Positions 35,895-45,184 of a stretch of 64,000 nucleotides of DNA are shown here, piece after piece. How positions within the stretch are numbered: the stretch's first letter is position 1; each line of letters opens with the position of its first letter. Source of the stretch: a virus. Lineage: Duplodnaviria > Caudoviricetes. The position numbers were made by a program, and so were the translations under genes. Under the pieces are notes generated by a model. That model was not told where the DNA came from. It saw only the letters and a list, made by a program, of their open reading frames with translations, and ran no database searches. The DNA lies in the IMG/VR virus record IMGVR_UViG_3300032138_000002, positions 1 through 64,000 of that record; one strand, 5' to 3'.

Positions 35895-37009
35895 TTGCTT
35901 TCCTCAGACTCAATGTCATAAAAGTCGGCGGCGGTACCTTCGCGCTTATCAAACTTCAGAATAACCTCTTCGTCCATGATGTTTAACACACGTTTCCGGA
36001 AGGCTTCTTCTTGGATTTTTTCTTTCCACCTCGAAGGCTGGAATTTTATCTCCGTTCCGTCTCCCATCGCCATTGTATACCAAGATCCCGCACTTTTTAG
36101 ATGTTTGGACCCACGAATGGCCTCAAACCAGCTTTCTTCGTCCTGGATGCCAATATCGTCACCCCATAGAATTTTAAAAGTACATTGGCGGCCCTGAGTT
36201 CCAAAACGGCTCTTCTTAAGAGTGGCCTTAACTTCTGAACCTACCCTAAACCCGCGGTCGTCCGTGATAAACGATGCTTTCGCTTTTCTACCTGTTAGCC
36301 AGATCCGAAGGGAATAAGCATAAATCATTGCTTTGCCTCCGGGTGTCATATATGGTTCGACCATCGCTTCCGATGGGCTTCGGGTAATATTTGTCTTTAA
36401 TTGATTTAAGACCAGGAATGTGGATTTGCTATTTGCGATCGGAACAGTAAGTTTACTCATACCTTTCGCCAGAATACGGGCTTTCACGGCCATCGAAGAG
36501 AGGGGATTAAAGTCTCCTTCAACATCGCTAATGGCGGGTGTGAGAGCCAGACTGTCCCAAATAAAAAGCATCTGAGTGTCATTGCTGCCCAGTAAATCCT
36601 CAATGGTCTCCAGAACGAACTCAACGCTCTGCGCTTGCACATATAACATTCGGGCGACGTCGCAGCCTGCACGTTCTAAGAAAGTGGGGTCGATCGCCGA
36701 TTCCGAATCAAAATAAATTACATCAATGCCCATTTTTTGAGCATTAGCGGCAACTTGAGCGGCCATATAACTTTTTCCGGAAGCTTCGAGGCCGGCGATT
36801 TCCACCACTTTACCTACCGGAATGCCCGAGAGCCTGCCACGAGAAACAATTGAATCTAGCCATCTTGACCCCGTGGGAATCCACTCTGTTACGGCCGTCG
36901 GGTTTTCTTCAGTTAAATCATGGGCAAGTAAGACACCTGCTTTTTTATTAATCATTGTGCGCATATCATCGATTGATAGACGCCCTGCTTTATCTTTCTT
37001 CTTTGCCAT
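35891..37009 (-). CDS. recA: RecA/UvsX recombinase
   Basis: IPTGSRWLD, GLEASGKS, DSE, WDSL, NQLK, TPGGKAM, KKSRF. Confidence 0.93.
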   Translation of the reverse strand: MAKKKDKAGRLSIDDMRTMINKKAGVLLAHDLTEENPTAVTEWIPTGSRWLDSIVSRGRLSGIPVGKVVEIAGLEASGKSYMAAQVAANAQKMGIDVIYFDSESAIDPTFLERAGCDVARMLYVQAQSVEFVLETIEDLLGSNDTQMLFIWDSLALTPAISDVEGDFNPLSSMAVKARILAKGMSKLTVPIANSKSTFLVLNQLKTNITRSPSEAMVEPYMTPGGKAMIYAYSLRIWLTGRKAKASFITDDRGFRVGSEVKATLKKSRFGTQGRQCTFKILWGDDIGIQDEESWFEAIRGSKHLKSAGSWYTMAMGDGTEIKFQPSRWKEKIQEEAFRKRVLNIMDEEVILKFDKREGTAADFYDIESEESK

Positions 37010-37035
37010 AATTTTTCCTCAGATGTGTATAAGTT

Positions 37036-37069
37036 GAGGCATCTGTAAACCCATGCCTCCCTGCGGTTT
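37036..37069 (-). promoter_or_regulatory. Predicted hairpin/H-type pseudoknot in recA leader
   Basis: mRNA AAACC-GCAGG-GAGGCAU-G-GGUUU-ACAG-AUGCCUC. Confidence 0.55.
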
Positions 37070-37080
37070 GAGGGCGGGAA

Positions 37081-37845
37081 TTAACTTCCCGCAAGATCCT
37101 GGAAGGCAGCCTCGACATCGGAAACTTCAGTCCCCGCGTTGGTGGTCGTCCCGTACTTCTGGGTTTCGTTCGAGCGGCTTTCGGCACTTTGATTACCGGA
37201 AAGGAACTCGTCCAAAATTACTTCCACCTCGGCGGGTGTCTTACGCTCGAACAAGGAATTAAACTCTGGAATGTTTTCCAAAAGTTCCTTGCATCGATCT
37301 GGACCATCATCGCACAAGACAGAGGTTTGGCGACGCGGAGTGATGGTAGTCTGAGGGAACTGTGCCCCTGCTGGCTTACCATACTTAATCACTAGATCAG
37401 TACCCGTCTCGGTATCGGTGATATCACCATATTCCGGGTTGAGTACCAGATTCAGCAACTCCTCATAGGCCATTCTACCGTATCCCCAGATACGGATGCC
37501 TAGATGCTCCTCTCCACGCACTAGAACCGGGGAAAAGAAGCGCTGGCGAGGTAACAGGCTTTTAGCGAGCTTAACGCTATCATCTGTACCTTCGTCAAAT
37601 AGCTCTCGAACAAAAGCGCTCAGAGCATCTTCTTCACCAAAGTTCTTCTTTGGGCTAAGAAAGGGAGGCGTATTGCCTACGTTATAGTGAAACCAGAAGT
37701 CGCGGAATGGGTCGCCGTCGGCATTAGTCACAATGCGTACGACGCTTTCGCCATCCTTCGGTTTCCAGAAGACCTGGGAGTTATTTCCTCCCCTGCTCTG
37801 AAGGGTTGTCAAGCGATGCTTGATCTTTTCCATATTAATAGCCAT
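37081..37845 (-). CDS. Single-stranded DNA-binding protein (T4 gp32-like)
   Basis: FWKP..VRIV..PF..FHY, RFFSPVLVRG, IWGYG, YGDITD..GTDL, acidic tail ending AFQDL; upstream of recA. Confidence 0.8.
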   Translation of the reverse strand: MAINMEKIKHRLTTLQSRGGNNSQVFWKPKDGESVVRIVTNADGDPFRDFWFHYNVGNTPPFLSPKKNFGEEDALSAFVRELFDEGTDDSVKLAKSLLPRQRFFSPVLVRGEEHLGIRIWGYGRMAYEELLNLVLNPEYGDITDTETGTDLVIKYGKPAGAQFPQTTITPRRQTSVLCDDGPDRCKELLENIPEFNSLFERKTPAEVEVILDEFLSGNQSAESRSNETQKYGTTTNAGTEVSDVEAAFQDLAGS

Positions 37846-37874
37846 ATAATTCTCCTTACAAGTTAAGCTATAGT

Positions 37875-37906
37875 CAGAGTGACAAATCTTTCACTCTGCT
37901 GATTTA
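37875..37906 (-). promoter_or_regulatory. Leader hairpin (8 bp) with possible pseudoknot upstream of ssb
   Basis: CAGAGUGA/UCACUCUG stem; loop GAUUUG is complementary to upstream UAAAUC. Confidence 0.55.
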
Positions 37907-37917
37907 AAGTTACTCCT

Positions 37918-37946
37918 ACTATACCAAATTAAATCAGTTTTGTCAA
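37918..37946 (-). promoter_or_regulatory. Sigma70-type promoter for ssb-recA
   Basis: TTGACA (37946-37941), 17 bp spacer, TGn-TATAGT (37923-37918). Confidence 0.88.
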
Positions 37947-37954
37947 GTAAAAAA

Positions 37955-38818
37955 TTAATCTGATACCAGATTATTTATTTTTTGTCGCTGAATTGTAGGG
38001 GTACTATAAACGACATAGATATAGTCGTCTTCGTAATTCGTGGAAAATACACCATAACTTGTCTTTAGTTCCTCTGTGCCTGTGTCTTTTACTTGAGACT
38101 TCAAGCGCGCAAATAATTTGCCGTCGCTCTCGAGTCTTTTTTTATTAATAGCATAATAATAACGTAAATCGCGGGGTTTGTAGAGAGAAAAGAAGGTTTT
38201 GGTTTCTTTTGCCTTTTCATCAAAGAAACCAAAAGTGGAGATACGGTGTGTTTCGTAGGGATCTCCAAAGGTGTCGGTAACGGGGTCGATGTGGTTGTAA
38301 ACATTTAACATGTGAAAAGTAGAGACAATCATTTCATTAAGCCGCTGAAAATACCCGATGACGGGTACCTCACCTATAATGTCTTCCACGGACGTGTTAT
38401 CCACAAGCCATAAACGTTCGAGCGTAGCCGAACGAGCGTACTCCTGCAAAATATTAAAAACCAGCCACTCTTGCATTCGACGGCGCTCGGGAAGTAATTT
38501 TACATCTGGACGGATGTACATAACACTCACGCGGCAGTGCCTTAAATGTTGTAACGTTTGAAGAAGACATCCTGAGATATCTCCGGATCCGCCGACCACA
38601 AACAGTACTTCTCCGGTACAGTTCTTGAAGAAGCTCTTCAAGCTTGGACACTTCTTTTCATAGCGCTCGGGATTGCACTGCCATGGCATGTCGTATATGC
38701 CGTTCTTTTTCAAGCCAGTTAAGCCAACATCAATTTTATAAATGTTGTATTGTTTGTATTTTGCAAAACCATCCGCAATATTACAACCCGCTGCTCCTAG
38801 CCCGACAACAATATCCAT
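37955..38818 (-). CDS. Tubulin/FtsZ-superfamily protein (PhuZ/TubZ-like, divergent)
   Basis: VVGLGAAGCNIA (T1 loop), YKID, FVVGGSGDISG (degenerate GGGTGSG), IRP, LVDN, RLNE. Confidence 0.75.
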   Translation of the reverse strand: MDIVVGLGAAGCNIADGFAKYKQYNIYKIDVGLTGLKKNGIYDMPWQCNPERYEKKCPSLKSFFKNCTGEVLFVVGGSGDISGCLLQTLQHLRHCRVSVMYIRPDVKLLPERRRMQEWLVFNILQEYARSATLERLWLVDNTSVEDIIGEVPVIGYFQRLNEMIVSTFHMLNVYNHIDPVTDTFGDPYETHRISTFGFFDEKAKETKTFFSLYKPRDLRYYYAINKKRLESDGKLFARLKSQVKDTGTEELKTSYGVFSTNYEDDYIYVVYSTPTIQRQKINNLVSD

Positions 38819-38819
38819 C

Positions 38820-39158
38820 TTATTTCCTCGGGCGTGTGTTTACACATTCCAAAATTATGCGATTGTTGAAGGCACCGCGGGCTTCTCTTTTAGCCAGCAT
38901 CACCTTTTCTAATTCGTCTATATCGATTTTCATGGCGTCAAGCAGTGCACCGAAGACCTCCGCAATATCGGCCATCTCTTCAATAGAGGGATCTTCTAAG
39001 AATTCTTGGGCTTCCTCTACCAACTTCTCTTGGAGCTTTTGCTGGTATTGTTTCTTGGTTGCCACACGGGTGTAAAACTCTTTGCCCGCTTCCGACATAA
39101 TCTGTGGGATTTTATCGCGGACCAACTTATCATATACTATAATACTTCTTGACTTCAT
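38820..39158 (-). CDS. MazG-like/HisE-like nucleoside triphosphate pyrophosphohydrolase
   Basis: YDKLVRDKIP, KLVEEAQE, EEMADIAEV, KREARGAF. Confidence 0.88.
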   Translation of the reverse strand: MKSRSIIVYDKLVRDKIPQIMSEAGKEFYTRVATKKQYQQKLQEKLVEEAQEFLEDPSIEEMADIAEVFGALLDAMKIDIDELEKVMLAKREARGAFNNRIILECVNTRPRK

Positions 39159-40339
39159 AGGCTTAACTCTTGCATCTCTCCATAATTTTTACCGGCTGAC
39201 AAGTTTACTTTAAACTTGCCTAAATCGGTATCTCCGAAGGTTTCTTTAATGAGGGGTACTAAATGTTTGTCGTCACTATGCAAATCAATAACCAAACTGT
39301 CGTGCACGCAAAAAGCAATATGTGATTGTTTTGTCTTCAGCAGTTCGTTGACTGCCACCATTCGACGCAAAAACAAATCACTAGTTGTGCTTTGAATTAT
39401 ATAGTTAACGGCGTGGTGATCGTCGGATTCAATTTCTCTTCCAAATTCCGTGCGCACCATCTCGCCGTCCCAATATTGTTTTTTAATTTTATCTCGATCA
39501 TAAAATTTTGTCGCCGGGCTTTCTGCCGCAGGATTGTATAACCAAGCAAAAATATTCTTTTTGGCCTCATCGCGGCTCATATCCGTTTTAAAGACATGTT
39601 TGATGTTCCACTCATGAATGTCCTCTTTCGGCTGTTCATTGCCAGCTAGGGCTAAAAGCGTGCGAATTTCGGCCGAATTAAAGTCTAACTCTAAAAACCA
39701 CTCATTGGTCGGCCTTACGATACCTCGATATTCTTTAGGCATCGTCAATGCCGGAAAACTCCCTCTCTTGGTAGTGAGGCGCCCAGTCTTGGTTCCAAAC
39801 AGATTATAACTAATGTAGGGGTCAGCTTTTTTGATTTTCTCGTGCCAGTTACGTGTCTTATATTGGTGCAGCTTGCTCCGGAGTGCTGAAAATTCCAAAT
39901 TTAAAGGGCGTACCTGAATTTCTGACAAGATCTTCTGCACTTCTAAAAGAAGATCATAATTTGGAGGCTTTTCGTAGTTCTCAAATACGTGCTCGGTTAT
40001 CTTATTTTTGATCTCGCAGAAATCACGCAAGAAGCTCTCGGGGACCAAATCATAAAAGCAGTTCTCGTTTAAATCAACGCGAGCTTCATGAATCGCTCTG
40101 TAAAACGCCAGCATTCTCCCATAAACATCGTCCCAGGTATCCTTGATGCTATCGGGGCATACATCTCCTAGGCTTTTACCACCACAATAGAGCGCCGCAT
40201 ATTCTATGGATCGATCCTCCAAGAAATTCGCATAATTCCACGTCCTCATGAGGTTCTCTGGGAACATATGATAATATAATTGTCCGCTGGCATATATGCC
40301 GACGCACTCGTTCTTTATGTCAAGTGTCTGGAAATACAA
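39155..40339 (-). CDS. Minimal family A DNA polymerase (polymerase domain only)
   Basis: TKTGRL, motif A LDFNSAEIRTL, motif B RDEAKKNIFAWLYN, NYIIQSTTSD, motif C VHDSL; 394 aa with no recognisable exonuclease motifs. Confidence 0.85.
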   Translation of the reverse strand: MYFQTLDIKNECVGIYASGQLYYHMFPENLMRTWNYANFLEDRSIEYAALYCGGKSLGDVCPDSIKDTWDDVYGRMLAFYRAIHEARVDLNENCFYDLVPESFLRDFCEIKNKITEHVFENYEKPPNYDLLLEVQKILSEIQVRPLNLEFSALRSKLHQYKTRNWHEKIKKADPYISYNLFGTKTGRLTTKRGSFPALTMPKEYRGIVRPTNEWFLELDFNSAEIRTLLALAGNEQPKEDIHEWNIKHVFKTDMSRDEAKKNIFAWLYNPAAESPATKFYDRDKIKKQYWDGEMVRTEFGREIESDDHHAVNYIIQSTTSDLFLRRMVAVNELLKTKQSHIAFCVHDSLVIDLHSDDKHLVPLIKETFGDTDLGKFKVNLSAGKNYGEMQELSL

Positions 40340-40347
40340 ATAGGGTT

Positions 40348-41763
40348 CTAGTAGGTTGTGGGTTGACCCGGTATACTAGTTATAACAGAATTAAAGGCCT
40401 TTGTCAAGGCTTCTTTTGGATTTTCCGTATCACATTTAATAAAGCTTTGGCATGTCGTAGGGTTAACTAAGTTTCCAACGTAATGCTTGATCTTTTCTTT
40501 TACGTATACTTGGGCCTTTGTAAACCCATAAAAGTTATTAAACATCACAATGTTTTTGACCATTGCGTCATAGTCGCTTTGTGAAATTCGCAAATTATGT
40601 TCGAGAATTTTAGAATCCATGATAAATTTTAACATATACATATCACTGTATTGAAGATTAAAATTCTCATGAGTAGCCAACTCTCTTTTTAATAATGCAA
40701 AAGTGCCGGCACAACTTTTCGGTGTTGACAACCCCGTCCTCTTGGTATAATAGGAAAAATGGGGATCAAAGTCCTTACTAGTTGCAACCAAATTAGTTAA
40801 CTTAACATCTTTATTTCTATAATCTGATAATTTTACTTTGACATAATTCTCAAACTTCGCGAGGCGATTAAACCCTTCTACAATGTGATGGCGAACCAGG
40901 GCTATGTCGCTCAAATACGCGGGGATAAAGTATTCACTAAATAAATTAGTAGAGGTGCCCGGGTCGTAGCGCAAATCATAATCCTTAGAATCTATAAAGT
41001 CGCCGGTGGCCGTATTAACAAATCTCGTTAATGGCACCATCCATTGTTGCATGGGAATGGAAGAAACATTGGCGACCAGGCGCCATGGAGCGTATCTATC
41101 TATATAAAAGCCGTGTTTGACCGCTGCGTTTTTATAAAAGAGAAAAGCCGGATCTCGTAGAAATAATTGTTTTTGTTGATAGGTGCCATCAAAGTTCGCC
41201 TTAGCGGTATCCAAGATAAGTCCGCTAGCTTTTGGAGAACACCAACCGGATTTTATAAACGAACTCAGAGAGAGGGGTGTCATCGCAGCAAAAATACGAA
41301 TGTAGCCAATTAATTGGTTAACGTAGTCTTCGACACTTATCACCTTTTGGGATAAACGAGAACCCAATAAATATTTGTTAAATACATCAAAATATTTGGT
41401 GGCGTAGAAGTCATAGAGGTCGTTGGGGTCTGACCATCCTTGAACAGCATGGAGATCTGCGAAACGCGAAAGATTATCAACTCTGCGTGCTGCAGTTGCC
41501 TTAAGAATATGAGTTTGGAGTGCGTTGAATGAGTCAATGACAAAGTTGAGTGCTTGGGTAGATTGGTCGTTGTACAACGTTTCTTTTATACGAATCTCGG
41601 CCTGGTGAGCGGGGATGTATACCGCATCCTGTATTTTATTAACTTTGCCATATAAAGTCTTTTCATTCCGCATGTCAATAAACTCTGGGGAAGGAGGTAC
41701 CACTAATCTATCGTAGAATTTAGCATCCCGATATCTAGTGTAGGAATCGCGTGTTGGGGCCAT
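40348..41763 (-). CDS. Hypothetical protein at end of tail/baseplate module
   Basis: 471 aa ORF coupled (TGATG) to the upstream large gene. Confidence 0.75.
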   Translation of the reverse strand: MAPTRDSYTRYRDAKFYDRLVVPPSPEFIDMRNEKTLYGKVNKIQDAVYIPAHQAEIRIKETLYNDQSTQALNFVIDSFNALQTHILKATAARRVDNLSRFADLHAVQGWSDPNDLYDFYATKYFDVFNKYLLGSRLSQKVISVEDYVNQLIGYIRIFAAMTPLSLSSFIKSGWCSPKASGLILDTAKANFDGTYQQKQLFLRDPAFLFYKNAAVKHGFYIDRYAPWRLVANVSSIPMQQWMVPLTRFVNTATGDFIDSKDYDLRYDPGTSTNLFSEYFIPAYLSDIALVRHHIVEGFNRLAKFENYVKVKLSDYRNKDVKLTNLVATSKDFDPHFSYYTKRTGLSTPKSCAGTFALLKRELATHENFNLQYSDMYMLKFIMDSKILEHNLRISQSDYDAMVKNIVMFNNFYGFTKAQVYVKEKIKHYVGNLVNPTTCQSFIKCDTENPKEALTKAFNSVITSIPGQPTTY

Positions 41764-44700
41764 CAGAATGGGCCTCCTTCATCCGTACTCTCATCGGGCT
41801 TTTCATAATCAAATCCGATTGTCCGGTCAGTAAACACCGATAACTCTCGCCCCTCCACTTGCCGAAACAGATCATTTTCAGCGCTAGATTGTTGCGGGCC
41901 TGCTCCGGTTTGTGCGCCCTCTTCAGCGCGTTCAAGCGTTCCGATGACTTCAATACGATCTTGAATACTTTTTTCAAGTTCCTTTTGAGAGGCCGGGCCA
42001 AAGGCAGACCCAAAAGAATTCCAAAAGGATTCAATGGTGCTGGTCCACTCGGGTTTGTTGGCAGCATTTACTTTCAGTTGGTGTCGTGTTTTGGTAACAA
42101 AATAATATCCCCCTAGTCCCATGAGGCGCGCTCGTGAAATTGCACCTTGCTGTTCCGCAGCTAAAGACCCTAACGCGTCGACATCGTGGCCCGTGTTGGC
42201 GATCCTTCGGCGGAAATTCTGAATGTCCTTATTAACGTCTCCCATGCCCCATGGCATGCGCAAATAAAAATATCTACCTGCTTTAAAAGCAATATTGCCT
42301 ATTGTTGTAAAATTGCAATTATAGACCTCGCTTAACTGGGTTGAGTTTCCGAGAAGGCCTTTTTCGGCCCGGGCTTCCATCAAGAATGGCTGATCTGCGC
42401 GATTAAGTTGTATATTCTTAATAGGCACCCCCTCGCGCCCTAATTCTACATAAATAACCCCCTTGCTTGTGTCTAATGTTTTATCGTTTTTTAAAAAAGA
42501 CGGGTCGGAAGTTTCCACTGCGATGACACACAAATTTTGGTCGATGCCCAAAGGAGCGGCATCTAAAAAGCTTGTGAGATCCTCATCATTAGTTGTTCCC
42601 GTCGTCCGATTATTGCTTAGGGACGCGTCGCGACCTAAAGATTGACGGACCTCGGGGCCCAGGAAGAAGCCGTCGCTGTCATCGTGCGTGGAATGGGCGA
42701 GTCGGGAAGTTGCCTTTACTCCGATCGGCTGATTTTTTGTAATATCCTGATATTGTACAAACGGTCTATATGCTTTGGAAATTTTCTCTCCGGTTGGACC
42801 TGTTGCTCGGCCCGAATAATTATTGAGAGGCTTGATTACCAAATCTATTAAAGCATCTTTTAAAAAAGCCTTGAAAGAATAAGTTTCTTTCATGGGATCC
42901 AATACCTTTCTCACCCAAAAGTCTGCAAAGCTGCTGTACGCAATGGGAAAAGAAGCTAAATTAATCACATGGGTCGTTTCATCACTCAAGTAGGCTGTCC
43001 ACTCAAAATTGCTGAGAATATGGGTTGCAGTTTTGAACGTCTGGGCCTCTTCCAGGCTTACCAAACCCTGATAGCCCTCGATGGCGTTTGCGCGTCTTTC
43101 GTCACCAACCAAGATCCTCCCGTCGACGTCTGTAAATATATTTAAGGCATCTTCAATAAGATCTCCGAAATGGACCCATCGGAGTGTCGCCCCCACAAAA
43201 AGTTCCTGCTCCTTGTCGTCGAACATCGCTTCGAAGCCGGTCTTCCCAGTCGCTTTTTGATATTCTTTCCAGTAAGCCTGATCGATCTTAGGATTCAGCT
43301 TAAGGGGCCCTGTTAGCGTCTCCTTGCGATCAATTGTCTTTGGTGTCTCCCCCTTACGCTCACTTTTTAGTCGCTCGGTCTGTGCCCTTTCGACGTTGTT
43401 CATGGCTTCGCCTATCTCCTCTTGGTCGTCGCCAGTAGTAGAAACCCCTTCGACCCCGGAATCGGTCATTTGGGCGGCAATTGCCTCTCTTATGTCCGAA
43501 GCGGCGGAGCGAGCTTGCGAAACTCTTTTAGTCCGGGCGGACTGAGCCGTTTGATAGTCCCTTTGTGTTTGGGCATCCGGGGGCGCGCCGCCATCAGATG
43601 AGCGTTCATGGTTTTTGACCGCTGTGCGCTCATCTTTCGTGTAAGACGTACCTACTTGAGTTGAAAACACGTAGTTCTCTAGGAGAGACTTGGGGAGAAA
43701 GATGCTATTTATCCGAGGTGTATTATTGTTGTAGTGGCCGGTCCCCAAGGCGCGAATAAGATGACCCTGTGTGTGGGCTAGAACTCTTTCTTTTGTCATC
43801 TTAGTTTCTTTACGATACAGTTCCATGAAATTCTTGGCTAGCCAATACCGGTATACTCGCACAGCCTGTACGCTAAGTCGACCTTGGATCCGCTCTCGGC
43901 GGTCATGCTCTGTGAAGTGTACGATGACCGTTCCTTCTTCTAATACGTCCTGGTTTGCAATCGAGATAGAGGGCGCGTGACGTCCAAAGTTTTCACCCGG
44001 ATTGACGCCAAAGAGATCGTGATAATCATATGCGGAGAATCGGGCTCCTTTGGTTATGCCATTGGTGCTGAACAACGAATCAAATTCTTTGGGGTGGCTA
44101 TCGACAATACCCACAGTCTTAGCAGAAAGCTTTGCCTTTTCTTCCATGGCACTCCCCAAATTAATTCCCGACCTTTCTATGAGTGTGGTGCGGACGGAAG
44201 TAGCGAATTGCTCCTCTATGTGCCCAACTCGAATCAGATTTGTGCGAACGGGATCTGCGGCTATGGCCTCTTGGGATCCATTAAACTCAAACTCTATCTC
44301 AAAAGGGCCGCCGGGGATTTCAGGTTTAAAGAATATTTGATGTTGTTTCAGCGTTAAGAACATGGACAGGCGCTGGGCTTTTATCGCATTAAAAATATAT
44401 TCCGGGTTACTCCCTGGAATGGCTTTTGTGGCTTGCCTAAGAAATTCTTTGTCCGGAAGGTCGTACCCTACCTCAACTAAAATACGGAAATAAGCATCAT
44501 TGAAGACCCTATCTTCTATGGCATCCTCTCCGGCTAGCTTCACCATCTTTTTTGGTCGCAAAATAAGGTCCGAAAATGCCACCTTTTGTTCCCCATCAGT
44601 GTACTCATGGAAAAAGGCATCCGTGCTTGAAAAATAAAGACGCAACTTACAATTAATAAAGTAGTCCACTTCAGCCGGGTTAGTTCCTAAAAAATCAAAC

Positions 44701-45176
44701 GTAAAATCCTTCAAACCCACTGCTAAATGTCCCGGCATAACGTTTGCATATGAATCGGCCGGTAGGGGCGATGTTTGCTGTAAAGTCCTAGGGTCCCCAA
44801 AATTATTAAGAGGCAATAACACTCGGGGCGGATTTTCATCTCGTTCATTGCGGGGCTTAATTTTATAAATCTTTAATTTAGGATTAAGGGACGAAAGTAA
44901 CTCTTTGGGAAGTTTTTCCATTAAAGAAAAGTTTCGTATTTTATCTCCACTCAAAACACCGTTGTCGAGGAGGGCTAAATATTGAGAATGGTGCTCAAAA
45001 TTATTAGGCATAAAAAGAAACCTTTTATAACCCCCATTTTGAGGGGGCGCATGATACATCGCAAAAAGATCCAAGTTATCAGTTAAAAAAGCCTGTTCAT
45101 TAAAAGTATCTAGCTCATTGGCTTCGGTGATATCTTTAGGTAGCTGCTGGGTGTCTTGTGTTTGATCCGATCCCAT
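41763..45176 (-). CDS. Large baseplate hub-like protein
   Basis: 1137 aa downstream of the LysM wedge gene; C-terminal TTIGN..AGRYFYL..GGYYFVTKTRH resembles hub (gp27/VgrG-like) C-terminal barrel. Confidence 0.55.
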   Translation of the reverse strand: MGSDQTQDTQQLPKDITEANELDTFNEQAFLTDNLDLFAMYHAPPQNGGYKRFLFMPNNFEHHSQYLALLDNGVLSGDKIRNFSLMEKLPKELLSSLNPKLKIYKIKPRNERDENPPRVLLPLNNFGDPRTLQQTSPLPADSYANVMPGHLAVGLKDFTFDFLGTNPAEVDYFINCKLRLYFSSTDAFFHEYTDGEQKVAFSDLILRPKKMVKLAGEDAIEDRVFNDAYFRILVEVGYDLPDKEFLRQATKAIPGSNPEYIFNAIKAQRLSMFLTLKQHQIFFKPEIPGGPFEIEFEFNGSQEAIAADPVRTNLIRVGHIEEQFATSVRTTLIERSGINLGSAMEEKAKLSAKTVGIVDSHPKEFDSLFSTNGITKGARFSAYDYHDLFGVNPGENFGRHAPSISIANQDVLEEGTVIVHFTEHDRRERIQGRLSVQAVRVYRYWLAKNFMELYRKETKMTKERVLAHTQGHLIRALGTGHYNNNTPRINSIFLPKSLLENYVFSTQVGTSYTKDERTAVKNHERSSDGGAPPDAQTQRDYQTAQSARTKRVSQARSAASDIREAIAAQMTDSGVEGVSTTGDDQEEIGEAMNNVERAQTERLKSERKGETPKTIDRKETLTGPLKLNPKIDQAYWKEYQKATGKTGFEAMFDDKEQELFVGATLRWVHFGDLIEDALNIFTDVDGRILVGDERRANAIEGYQGLVSLEEAQTFKTATHILSNFEWTAYLSDETTHVINLASFPIAYSSFADFWVRKVLDPMKETYSFKAFLKDALIDLVIKPLNNYSGRATGPTGEKISKAYRPFVQYQDITKNQPIGVKATSRLAHSTHDDSDGFFLGPEVRQSLGRDASLSNNRTTGTTNDEDLTSFLDAAPLGIDQNLCVIAVETSDPSFLKNDKTLDTSKGVIYVELGREGVPIKNIQLNRADQPFLMEARAEKGLLGNSTQLSEVYNCNFTTIGNIAFKAGRYFYLRMPWGMGDVNKDIQNFRRRIANTGHDVDALGSLAAEQQGAISRARLMGLGGYYFVTKTRHQLKVNAANKPEWTSTIESFWNSFGSAFGPASQKELEKSIQDRIEVIGTLERAEEGAQTGAGPQQSSAENDLFRQVEGRELSVFTDRTIGFDYEKPDESTDEGGPF

Positions 45177-45184
45177 CTTTTCTC

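Noticed and set aside
19724-37009. Inteins or introns in dnaE, nrdJ, helicase or recA
   Set aside because: Protein lengths are normal and motifs are contiguous; the HNH gene is free-standing.
37955-38818. Nucleus-forming phage assignment
   Set aside because: A tubulin alone is insufficient; no chimallin or phage multisubunit RNA polymerase is recognisable, and host-type promoters are used.
38820-40339. Z-genome (2-aminoadenine) pathway suggested by MazG-like plus PolA
   Set aside because: No PurZ or dATPase in the window, and an adenine methyltransferase is present; cannot be excluded for the rest of the genome.
40379-40407. Internal sigma70 promoter for the polA-mazG-tubulin unit (TTGACA, 17 bp, TGn-TATAAC)
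   Set aside because: Lies inside a coding region and lacks the conserved final T of the -10; plausible but not supported enough to list.
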